Assembly: GCA_002633005.1 (NCBI GenBank)
Contig: NMRA01000189.1
Location: 1-64,000, forward strand
Source: Phoronis australis
Taxonomy: Eukaryota; Animalia; Phoronida
DNA: 64,000 bases
Direction of reading: 5' to 3'
Shown: piece by piece, positions 13,601-23,763 of the stretch
How positions within the stretch are numbered: position 1 is the first letter of the stretch
Layout: the number at the start of each line of letters is the position of its first letter
Program-made: the position numbers and the translations under genes
The notes under the pieces: generated by a model
The model's input: only the letters and a program-made list of their open reading frames with translations
The model's database searches: none
What the model was told of the DNA's origin: nothing

Positions 13601-16600
13601 CTGCGGCAAGATAGGTTAGTAGAGAACTCAACTACGTTGGATTTAGAGATTGTTTAGTGTGTTGTAAGCTGAAAATGGCTGGAGTCGGTGACCCGTATCA
13701 CACTGACAGTAGTGTGAGTGACGGAGACCTTGTTCACAGCACTGGTGACGAGGAATTTTTTCACGGACATTCAGTGGGTGGGTACATGTTTGAGCCCGAG
13801 TATAATGAAGCAGAGTACGCACAGGCACAGGCAGCTGTTGAGAGAAACGAGGCGGCTACTGAAGACAGACGTGGTGACACATCTTGGTGCAAATGCACTG
13901 TTTGCGTTGTTATGCCTTCCTCAATGGAATGCTTGTGCTGTTCAGAGTTCGATGAAGCCAAGCCACTTCTGGACATGGTTAAATGGACCTCCGGCATACC
14001 ACGGACAGAGGAACAACTGTCCCACTTGCCAGAGTGTCCCGCGACACACTCCCACTGGATGGTGACCTGAGCACCCAAACTGCTTACATCGTGTCATGTG
14101 ACTCCCTCGCCACACACCTGGCACCTTCTAAATAGACAAGTCCACAATAAACTTATCAAAGTTTGGCTCACCGATCTGTTCACTGAATGACAAACTGTCT
14201 TCTTCAGTGGATGTCGAACTGGGCCTGTAATCACTCCCACTACTCAATATCGCTGCAGGGCTGCTTAGAGGCTCTGGGTTGGAGAAAACAGCACAGGGCG
14301 AATCACTACTGGTTCCAGGAATTGCACGCTCTGGGGTACGTTCGGAGGCACGGGTGACAGTAGATGAAGTGCCTCCACTGGCTCCAGTCACTGTACTGGC
14401 CACAGATCGCGAAGCTTCTCGCTTCAAAAACGCACTTCTCGAGGGTGGCGACGGGGCACCATGCCGGGAATCAACACAGACGGAATGGCATCCTTCTTCA
14501 GGCGTTGTTTCGCAGGGACCTTCATCAGTTCAGTGAACAAATCCCGACTTACAGCATGCGCAACTAAATTTGATCCGTTCATCACGGACTACTTCAAACC
14601 TCGACAATGGACCCATTTGCATCTATTGCAATTTTCGAATAAACGTCCCAATGTCTGAACGCTTGAAACCCGAAGTACTAACATCAGATAAATGCCCATG
14701 GGCATGGGCGTTTCGTCGGGTGAGCCTTTCTGCGGAAATTCCCAGTATAGAAAATGGCAGTGGTGCTTATTGCAGGTAGGCAATGACCATCGCCTCTGCT
14801 GGCCCAACCAAGGCGATGGTCATTGCCTATATTGCAGGTAGAAAGACGGTAGGTGTTGAGGACGGCACTTCGGGCTCCTTAGGAGGCCTATTGAACATCG
14901 CACGAGTCCCGCAAGACTTTGTTGTGAAAATACAGCCTCCCAGAAAATTTCTGGTACTGTACACTGTTCGTGAATGCGGTCACTTTGTCAATGTGAGTGC
15001 CTCCTTAGTCATTCCTTGTATAGACATAACTTGTTAGAGTGCATCTTCAAACAGACTCGCGACCAGACCACGGCGCCCGCCACAATAGCANTAGCCAAGC
15101 TCGACCTCAGGTTCCAAGATTTTCCACTACTTAGAATGTTAAACAACAAATTAATTGACTTTTTCCGCACATTCAGGTACTGAAATAAGGCTTTTGCAGT
15201 TTTTGTGAAATGAGACCACAAAGGTCACAGCAATCACATGCAGAAAAAATATTTGGCCCTGTGTGAAGAAGAGGAATGCCTTGTTTGTATTAAAACTTAC
15301 GTGGACCAGATATGTCTAGGTGAAATAGTGAAATAAATAGTGAGATAAACGGTGACGGAAAATCTTGACGAATCATTTTGGCTGTTGTTGCAGAAGCCTT
15401 AAGTCACAAAATCATTTCTCAACTTAAATCAATAGGAAGATGATTTTGTATTTAAAATGTTCCGTTGTTCTGTGGACAGTGCTTACTCTTTGAGAAACTA
15501 CACTAACCTTCATTTGACAGTTCTTGTTATAGCCTTGGGGAAAGAGTTTTATTACGAAACATATTGATTTTTGAACTGATCCACTTAACTTTTCCGTCCC
15601 CCACTAATAGCAATATTGCATCTGCCTCTATATCACAAGGCTTCTCAATGAGTTTGCATGAGATTTGGCAAATATTTTTCTAGGGTTTTTTGAGATTTCA
15701 TTTTGGCAATTTAGGCCGTGTTACTGATGCAGGTGATTTGAAATTAATGTACCATAAATTTTTGGTTGTTAAATTTTTACTTTAGTTGTGTGACTACGCT
15801 CTTTGCAGGCAGAGTCCATACTGTTTTTTTCACAATGTGCATTCACGTGTTCCACCAATTTGAGTAACACCAAGTTAAAGTTTCGTGTTATAAGACAGTT
15901 TAGAGTTTCGAGAGTGTTTTTGTATACCTGTATGTTGTTGATATAATGTGATGCATTTACTTACTGTCAATTTCTTTTCAATGTTAACACAACAGGTATG
16001 ACCACGTCAGGGATGAACAAAAAAGGCAGACCAGCAGCTCAGAAACAAACAGAGTAGATACCCCCAAAAAGAAAATGACACCAATCCTTAGTGACAAGTC
16101 TTCAGTAAACAGTAAGATGACACCATTACGCAAGAAGGGGTCAAAGCAGGTGCCTAAAACAAGTTACAGCAGAGAACCAAAGGAATGGGTCAAGGCTAAA
16201 GTATTTGTTCCTGGTCGCCGCTACAACGATCGTAAGTATTTTCTGAAATCACTATATTTAAAACTGATTTACACGGAATGCAAACTAGAATCCATTTTCT
16301 ATAATAATAATAATAATAATTCCTGAAAACTGTGAGCATTTTCAACTCATTTCCTTATGCTCTTATTTTTTAAGATCACTAAAGGATGATTTCTCAGGAG
16401 TGTGCTTTAACTGATTTCTAGCAACTGGCTCAGATGATATTTCAGTTAATTATTGATTGAGTTTTTTTATGTTATCAACTCAAAACCACCATGATTAGTG
16501 ATTCTTGTTAGCTTCAATGAGACGAACAAAAATACTCTTTAATTTTGGAAAAAGTAGTCGTTGAAATTGCTACTTGTTCACAAATTCAAAGGTTCAGACT

Positions 16601-19600
16601 TTTTGGTTTCCTCGTCCATTTCTGTTGTTTTGTTGTTATGACGATTCTTACATCATGTAGGGTATAGTAATGTGAGACTATAAAGTTTGGAAGTTTATTA
16701 TAAATTATACTTTGACTGCAATCGTGTGTTTTGTAACATGTTGAACGTAGATTTGCCTACGGACAAAGTTTTCCATGTTACCAGTGAATGATAATAATCG
16801 TGCCAAACTGTTTTGGTATTTGTGATTTGTCGCCCAGTCACATGACTTGTCGCCTAGTCATTGGACTTGTCCTCTAATCATGTGACTTGTCGCTTAGTCA
16901 TGCGATGCTTCCTCTAGTCATGTGGCTTGTCTTCTAGTCATCTGGACACAAGGCATAAAGAAAAAACACAGAGATAATACTGTTGTTTAAGGTGATGTAG
17001 TAGTGTTAGAAAAATATCCAAATTTGCCACCAAACTCCAGAACATCACATCACAGATGTGACTGAATGGATTCATATGAAACTTTCGCGCACTACGCTTT
17101 GTACAATATTCTCAAAGTAACGTTGTAATGTGTTCGAAATGTTCCGCTTCTGTATGAAGGAAGAAAAAGGACTTTTATGATTTTAAGATTATGAATTATG
17201 ATAGTTTAAAAACCGATAACATCGTTTTTGAGATTACATTTTGAATGTTTAGAGCAAAGGAAAATTTGTTCCCATTATTAATGGCGTTTTTGTTTTAGAT
17301 GTCCCTTTTCTACTAACAGGTCTTGGTATAAAGTTGAAAATCAAATTTTATTGGCTTTCTACTTTTAGAAATATGTACTTTTACTGAGTTAATTACATAA
17401 TTACAGACTTATCGTTAAGGTCTCGCATTATCTTAATACAATATCAAGTTGTGCCCCTCTCTAAACTGAAAGCCCTGTGTTTGTTTCTACAGCTTTGAAG
17501 TATTCAGAAGCTGTGGGGGGGATCGCTGAGCCAGAAATCAGAGNCTCCACTGCTTTGTACGTTGCGTGGACGGCTAACGCTGCGTTCTTCACACGAACGA
17601 GCCAAGTGCGGCGAAGTGTGTCATCCATCAGAAAGCGATGCAAAGGTACTCCCAAAGCGCGCGTGAGCCGATAATTAGTACATTCCGGTACGCAGCAGCA
17701 GTGTGGCATGTTGACTGACTAGTAAATGAAAGCAAACGACGACGGAACTTAACGCAACCGAGGTAGAACAATGACTGACTCGGCAGCTCTCACAGTCAGA
17801 CTATATGAAAAGAAATTGGCGCAAAATGCTTGCCTCCTAAAAAGTCACTTCCGCAGTAGCGGACGAGTAATTAATAAAATTACGAAAAGCTGTAATTAAG
17901 TGGAAAATATGTCTAGGATAACCAAGTTGAACCAATCTTATTTTAGCTCAAAATGACATGGAAAAAGGTTGCCTTCGCCTTTAAGTCACAAAATCATTTC
18001 TCAACTTAAATCAATAGGAAGATGAGTTTGTTATTAAAATGTTCCTTTGTTCTGTGGACAGTGGTTACTCTTTGAGAAACTACACTAACCTTCAATTGAC
18101 AGGTCTTGTTATAGCCTTGGGGAAAGAGTTTTATTACGACACATATTGATTTTTGAACTGATCCACTTACTTTTCCGTTTCCCACTAATAGCAATATTGC
18201 ATCTGCCTCTGTAGCACAAGGCTTCTCAATGAGTTTGCATGAGATTTGGCAAATATTTTTCCAGGGTTTTTTGAGATTTCATTTTGGCAATTTAGGCCGT
18301 GTTACTGATGCAGGTGATTTGAAATGAATGTACCAAAAATTTTTGGTTGTTAAATTTTTACTTTAGTTGTGTGACTACGCTCTTTGCAGGCAGAGTCCAT
18401 ACTGTTTTTTTCACAATATGCATTCACGTGTTCCACCAATTTGAGTAACACCAAGTTAAAGTTTCGTGTTATAAGACAGTTTAGAGTTTCGAGAGTGTTT
18501 TTGTATACCTGTATGTTATTGATATAATGTGATGCATTCACTTACTGTCAATTTCTTTTCAATGTTAACACAACAGGTATGACCACGTCAGAGATGAACA
18601 AAAAAGGCAGACCAGCAGCTCAGAAACAAACAGAGTAGATACCCCCAAAAAGAAAATGACACCAATCCTTAGTGACAAGTCTTCAGTAAACAGTAAGATG
18701 ACACCATTACGCAAGAAAGGGTCAAAGCAGGTGCCTAAAACAAGCCACAGCAGAGAACCAAAGGAATGGGTCAAGGCTAAAGTATTTGTTCCTGGTCGCC
18801 GCTACAACGATCGTAAGTATTTTCTGAAATCACTGTATTTAAAACTGATTTACACGGAATGCAAACTAGAATCCATTTTCTATATACGGTAGGTAATTCC
18901 TGAAAACTGTGAGCATTTTCAACTCATTTCCTTATGCTCTTATTTTTTAAGATCACTAAAGGATGATTTCTCATGAGTGCTTCAACTGGTTTCTAGCAAC
19001 TGGCTCAGATGATATTTCAGTTAATTATTGATTGTGTTTTCTTATGTTATCACCTCACAACCCCCATGGTTAGTGCTTCTTGTTAGCTTCAGTGAGACGA
19101 ACAAAAATACTCTTTAATTTTGGAAAAAAGTAGTCGTTGAATTGCTACTTGTTCACAAATTCAAAGGTTCAGACTTTATGGTTTCCTCATCCATTTCTGT
19201 TGTTTTGTTGCTTTGACGATTCTTACATCATGTAGGGTATAGTAATGTGAGACTATAAAGTTTAGAAGTTTAGTATAAATTATACTTCGACTGCAATCGT
19301 GTGTTTTGTAACATGTTGAACGTAGATTTGCCTACGGACAAAGTTTTCCATATTACCAGTGCATGATAATAATTTTGCCAAACTGTTTTGGTATTTGTGA
19401 TTTGTCGCCCAGTCACGTGACTTCTCGCCTAGTCATTGGACTCGTCCTCTAATCATGTGACTTTTCGCTTAGTCATGTGGTGCTTCCTCTAGTCATGTGG
19501 CTTGTCTTCTAGTCATGTGGACACAAGGCATAAAGAAAAAACACAGAGATAATACTGTTGTTTAAGGTGATGTAGTAGTGTTAGAAAAATATCCAAATTT

Positions 19601-22600
19601 GCCACCATACTCGAGAACATCACATCACAGAAGTGACTGAATGAATTCATATGTAACTTTCGCGTACTACGCTTTATATAATATTCTCAAAGTAACGTTT
19701 TAATATGTTCGAAATGTTCCTCTTCTGTATGAATGAAGAAAAAGGGACTTTTATGATTTTAAAATTATGAATTATGATAGTTTAAAAACCGATAACATCG
19801 TTTTTGAGATTTCATTTTGAATGTTTAGAGCAAAGGAAAATTTGTTCCCATTATTAATGGCGTTTTGCTTTAGGTGTCCCTTTTCTACTAACAAGTCTTG
19901 ATATAAAGTTGAAAATCAAATTCTATTGGCTTTCTACTTTTAGAAATATGTACTTTTACTGAGTTAACTACATGATTACAGACTTGTCGTTAAGGTCTCG
20001 CATTATCTTAGTACAATATCTATTTTGAAAGCCCTGTGTTTGTTTCTACAGCTTTGAAGTATTCAGAAGCTGTGGGGGGGATCGCTGAGCCAGAAATCAG
20101 AGATACATCGAAGGACAAAGACTTGTTGTGCCCATACATTGTCCACGGAGATTGTCAGTTTGGCGACAATTGCTCATTCACTCACGGCGACATCTGTGAC
20201 CTGTGTGGATTAGCTAGACTTTTCCCTGGCAATAAAGAACAGAATAAAGCACATAGAAAGGTGGGTGTTTCCATTCTAAATAATTTGACATGGTAAGAAA
20301 TGCTGCGCTAGTGGTTGTGAGTTGTAGACTACATTTGGCATTACACTTGAGCAGTGACTGGGTGGTTGATTCTGGTTGCCAAAGGTCTCACAAAGAAATG
20401 AACTTGTAGGAAAAAAGTAAAATGTAAAAACCGGGTGTTATCTAAGTGACATAATGTGTTACTGAGTAGTGAATACTTTGTGTTTCTTGAATTTTTTATT
20501 ATATTGCCAAGTAAAACTGGTGAAGTCTTCTTGGCACAATGGTTAGCTAATAGCTACCGTAATATTGCAATTTGGGAAGAAAAATGTGCTAAATTCTGCC
20601 ACCATGTCAAATGTACCACTATGTCGTCCACTACATACTTTAAGTATTTCCATATGAAGATGTAACAGAAGTCCTTAATTAATGACAATCCATCATTTTT
20701 CATAGTTCTTCGAAAGTCTCCTATTTGTTTTTCAGATCACATTTTCCCAAGTGAATCTTTAGAAGCATACAGTTTGATTAATAATTGCTGATGCTTGTCT
20801 CTGTTATTCTAAATAAATCCTAATTAACTATTTATGTCAGCCTTTGCTAACCATTAATCGTTTTTTCACATGCTAGGTTTGTGTATCGTTTTCATTGCTG
20901 ATTCATGTTCTTGCATTACTGTATACACTTTTCCTTTGTGTAGCGGATCATGTGACCTGTTCACACTTAGTTATCCCTAGTCTTTCAGCAATCCACTGAC
21001 AAAGGCCGATCCTAGCAGAGCATTTGGTTTATTTTAATACTATAGCTTACCAGTCAAATCTTCTTTAAAATTACCTAATTGCAGTGATAAGTTGTATTAA
21101 TTTGTATTCTTTGTTCAAGTTAAATAAAGTATTACTGTTAAAATATATGCACGTCTCATATTGTATCCCCTCAGGAATGCGTGGAAGATCATCAGAAAGC
21201 TATGGAGGAGTCGTTTGCCCACCAGCGCAGCAAGGATAAGGCATGTGGCATCTGTATGGAGGTGGTGATGGAAAAGATGCCACCTAGTGAGCGCCGCTTT
21301 GGCATTCTGTCCAACTGCAAGCACGTCTTTTGTCTGTCGTGCATTCGCACATGGCGTGGCGCCAAGCAGTTCGAGAAGAAGAATGTTAGGTAGGTGACGC
21401 CACACGTGCCTAATCTTGACTTGTCTTTTTTTTCAATTCTTGTTAACTTTCCAAAACTTACCATCCAACTGCTCCTTGTAACAATTGAGAATGAAGCCGT
21501 CTCTGAATGTAGCCATCTTTTGGTACCTTACAAGTGGGTCGATATGTTTGGCCAATTTGTTCCGAGTTTACCTGGGTACTGTAAGATAGTCACTTACACA
21601 CTGAATTGGAGGACGTTTACACTCATCAAGCGGTCAGTTGATAACTCGTGTGGTTTAATTAGTGGTATGTCCCATAGACCCAGGACTCTTGAAGCAATCC
21701 TTGGTAAAGAAACAGAATTTTATCTTGCATTCAACTTGTCAAGTTCACTGACTAATCAGTGCTAGCCGTTTCACTTAGAAGCAGCAAAGAATACTCATGA
21801 CGTACTCGCGTTGCATGGCCTGCAGAATGCTCTCTTGTTTGCACGCAGGGCTGGGTTGATCAATTGTATTAAGTTTGTTTATTGCAATAAATTCTAGGAT
21901 TGACTTTATGCACACGTTAGTGATGTCAGCATCTTGACCCACAATGAAATAGAGTGGGCAGGATGTTGTTTGACTCAAATTTTTGTTTTGTTGAACACTA
22001 GATACAACAGAACTCGCGTAAGTCGGTTAAGTGTAAGTCTTAACTTGGACAAAAGTCTGTTGTTTGGTGTCATTCTAGTTTGTGCATGTGGGCCATCAGA
22101 TAAGTTGGATTTCTGCTTATTCAACTAAATTCTTGGATTGGCAGCATCTGATTTATGTTTTACTGTGCTCATCAAGTTGAGAAAGGTGTGTATTTTTTAT
22201 TCCATCTAGGTCATGTCCCGAGTGCAGGGTTCAGTCAGACTTTGTCACACCAAGTAAGTACTGGGCAGACACAGATGAAGACAAACAACAACTTATGGGT
22301 GATTACAAGACTGTTCTTAGGTGAGCTCAGTAATCTTATTCTCATTTTATATATGTCCAATTTTGTGTTTTCAATTCACATTTTGAATTCAACTGATAAA
22401 AACTTTGGGACTGAAATGTGTTCTTGTGCAATTATTTAAGCCGTTCAATCAGTTGGCAATGCATTCAAGTTCTAAGCGTAGTTGTACATTAAGTAAATAA
22501 ACTCAACTTGTTAATTTTCATTCAATGGTGTGGTGGATGACACATTGAAACTGATTGTGCTTTTTTTAATTTTCTTTAGTTCATACGTTCTTTAGTAGAG

Positions 22601-23763
22601 CACGCCTTTCAGTGCAGTACGAGTCTCATTCACTTTTTTTAATGTTGTTAAGTCGCATTGCATATGCGCAACCTGGGCTTCTGAGGTGGGGAACACTTCC
22701 ATTTTGGCCGTATTTTCAACGTTTTTAGCTTGTTAGTTTAGAGACATGCTTGACACAACTAGGAACATATTGAGTTTATGGTATTGTTCATTTGTTAAAA
22801 AAAGTTTTATATTTAAGTGATTCACAAAACTGCATGGCTCCAAACTTTACTTATTGTTGCCGGTCGGATGGGGTACCTGCCGGGGATGGGTTACCTGCCG
22901 GTTGGATGGGTTACCTGCCGGGGGATGGGGTACCAGCTGGTGGATGGGTTATCTGCCAGTGGATGGGTTACCTGCTGGCGAATGGGTTACCTGCCGGGGG
23001 ATGGGGTACCTGCCGGAAGATTGGTTACCTTCCGGGGGATGGGTTACCAGCCGGCGGATGGGTTACCTGCCGGGGGATGGGATACCTGCTGGTGGATGGG
23101 TTACCTGCNNNNNNNNNNNNNNNNNNNNNNNNNNNNNNNNNNNNNNCTGCCGGCGGATGGGTTACCTGCCGGCGGATGGGTTACCTGCCGGCGGATGGGT
23201 TATCTGCGGGGGGATGGGTTACCTGCCGGGGGATGGGTTACCTGCCGGGGGATGGGTTCTATTGTGCATTTCATTTTGTAGGCCATTTCAGCTTAAGAGT
23301 TAATGTTGAACTGGGCTCATGTCAGCATCTGACCCTTTTGTTGTGATGAATTTAATCACTCACATGCTGTCCTAAAATCTTGCTTTTCAGATTCTCCGTG
23401 TGTGCTTGTACAGTATATATAAAACTTATTATTTTTCATTACAGTACAAAACACTGCAAGTATTTCAAACATGGCAAAGGGGAGTGTCCGTTTTACGACA
23501 AGTGCTTTTACCTACATGCCTACCCAGACGGCACTAAGGCCCCGCCTAAACCACGCCCACCAAGGCGTCGCTATGTCAACTCAGATAACCAGATCGACTT
23601 AATAGAACACATTCTTTTGTTAGACTTCCTTGAGCACCGGGAGAATCAACGGCTCTATGGAATGTTTGAGGATGATGATGACGAGGATGATATCTATGAC
23701 ATGCTTTTCGGATACGATTCGTTTGACGATTCAGATTACGAAGAAAGTGACCTCTTGTTTTAA
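4637..23763 (+). CDS. MKRN: Makorin (MKRN1/MKRN2-like) RING/CCCH zinc-finger E3 ubiquitin ligase, 7 coding exons, about 423 aa
   Basis: Phase-consistent GT-AG exons: 4637-4689, 12068-12196 (or copy 10390-10518), 18577-18812 (or copy 15996-16231), 20052-20260, 21175-21389, 22210-22320, 23445-23763 (1272 nt). The translation shows CCCH fingers ([20 protein letters not shown]; [20 protein letters not shown]; [20 protein letters not shown]), a PAM2-like [11 protein letters not shown], a C3HC4 RING ([35 protein letters not shown]), a final [26 protein letters not shown] and an acidic tail. The MKRN1 versus MKRN2 assignment is not resolved. Confidence 0.93.
5054..6856. repeat. Near-identical 873-bp duplication (5054-5926 / 5984-6856) across a single N; probable haplotype overlap
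   Basis: Offset of 930 bp with only scattered substitutions; N at 5927. The 5' part contains a degenerate AATAGTATAGA..AAATTT repeat. Confidence 0.85.
9010..9424. repeat. 34-bp minisatellite, about 12 copies
   Basis: Unit GCTGTATGCAGGACGTACGCTGCATGAAGGCCTG, period 34 (9146 to 9180). Confidence 0.9.
9555..9790 (-). mobile_element. tRNA-headed SINE with a hammerhead-like 3' segment
   Basis: Minus strand has an A-box TGGTGAAGTGG and a B-box GGTTCAAATCC. The body GAGTGTACCACATATCCGTGCTCATTCTTCTAAGAA is shared with 45545-45830, followed by CTGATGA..GAAAC. The head is duplicated at about 11350-11450. Confidence 0.6.
10390..10518 (+). CDS. MKRN: Second copy of makorin exon 2 (probable alternative haplotype)
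   Basis: 129-bp AG/GT exon differing from 12068-12196 at 5 positions. It lies in a block of about 1.5 kb duplicated across the single N at 11192. Confidence 0.85.
10730..11191. repeat. 73-bp minisatellite in makorin intron 2 (second array at about 12410-12975)
   Basis: Unit GACAGACAGAATACCATGTGTTGCCATTGGCAGCAGGGTAAAGATATGGCAAATGATCGTTTGATTATGTATT, period 73 (10967 to 11040). Confidence 0.9.
13675..14070 (+). pseudogene. KolX-like accessory ORF with a P2X7 cytoplasmic-ballast-like Cys-rich domain, 3' truncated
   Basis: Acidic N-terminus, GYMFEPEY, then [21 protein letters not shown], matching the YxFEP...WCxCxxCxxM..ECxCCxE signature of the P2X7 ballast/Nanor-like family. Similarity stops near 13970, where the ORF runs into antisense transposase sequence. 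Confidence 0.72.
13975..14552 (-). pseudogene. Transposase remnant: THAP C-terminal half, low-complexity linker and Zn-finger region; no DDE core seen
   Basis: [24 protein letters not shown] (THAP AVPTIF-like end), a Ser/Thr linker with SDYRP, KFIV, then RCQVCG...[20 protein letters not shown]. Stops and a frameshift are present. Confidence 0.65.
14777..14829. mobile_element. 53-bp mini-MITE nested in the Kolobok-like element
   Basis: Perfect 19-bp TIRs (TAGGCAATGACCATCGCCT / AGGCGATGGTCATTGCCTA) around a 15-nt spacer, flanked by the 9-bp direct repeat TATTGCAGG (14768-14776, 14830-14838). Confidence 0.7.
15996..16231 (+). CDS. MKRN: Second copy of makorin exon 3 (probable alternative haplotype); partial exon 4 copy at 17493-17543
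   Basis: Near-identical to 18577-18812. It lies in the N-bounded block 15092-17543, which duplicates 13044-13340 plus 17981-20102. Confidence 0.85.
16821..16946. repeat. Degenerate 20-bp tandem repeat, about 6 copies (other copy at 19396-19521)
   Basis: TCATGTGACTTGTCGCCTAG-like units in makorin intron 3. Confidence 0.7.
17545..17709 (-). pseudogene. THAP domain N-terminal half of the transposon's transposase
   Basis: [12 protein letters not shown]...[20 protein letters not shown] has the THAP Cys, F and W pattern. It starts about 110 bp inside the right TIR and is cut by the N at 17544. Confidence 0.75.
22866..23257. repeat. 19-bp G-rich minisatellite with an assembly gap, makorin intron 6
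   Basis: Unit GGATGGGTTACCTGCCGG(C/G), period 19; N run at 23109-23146. Confidence 0.92.

Larger units (their letters stand above)
13341..17980. mobile_element. Kolobok-like DNA transposon, internally deleted, in makorin intron 2; split in this assembly by an alternate-haplotype block (15091-17544)
   Basis: Imperfect TIRs of about 160 bp (13341-13498 and 17817-17980) begin AGGCGAAGG(G/C)AACCTTTTTCCATGTCATTTTGA. TTAA flanks both ends (13337-13340, 17981-17984), and the empty site GAAGCC-TTAA-GTCACA is at 15393-15408. The element contains a THAP-bearing transposase remnant on - and a Cys-rich ORF on +. Confidence 0.85.

Noticed and set aside
9686-20102. Two tandem makorin paralogues
   Set aside because: Only exons 2, 3 and part of 4 are doubled, the introns are near-identical, and every block is bordered by an N; haplotype interleaving is the simpler explanation.
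22792-23346. Gly/Trp-rich ORFs open in all three frames
   Set aside because: An artefact of the stop-free 19-bp repeat inside makorin intron 6.
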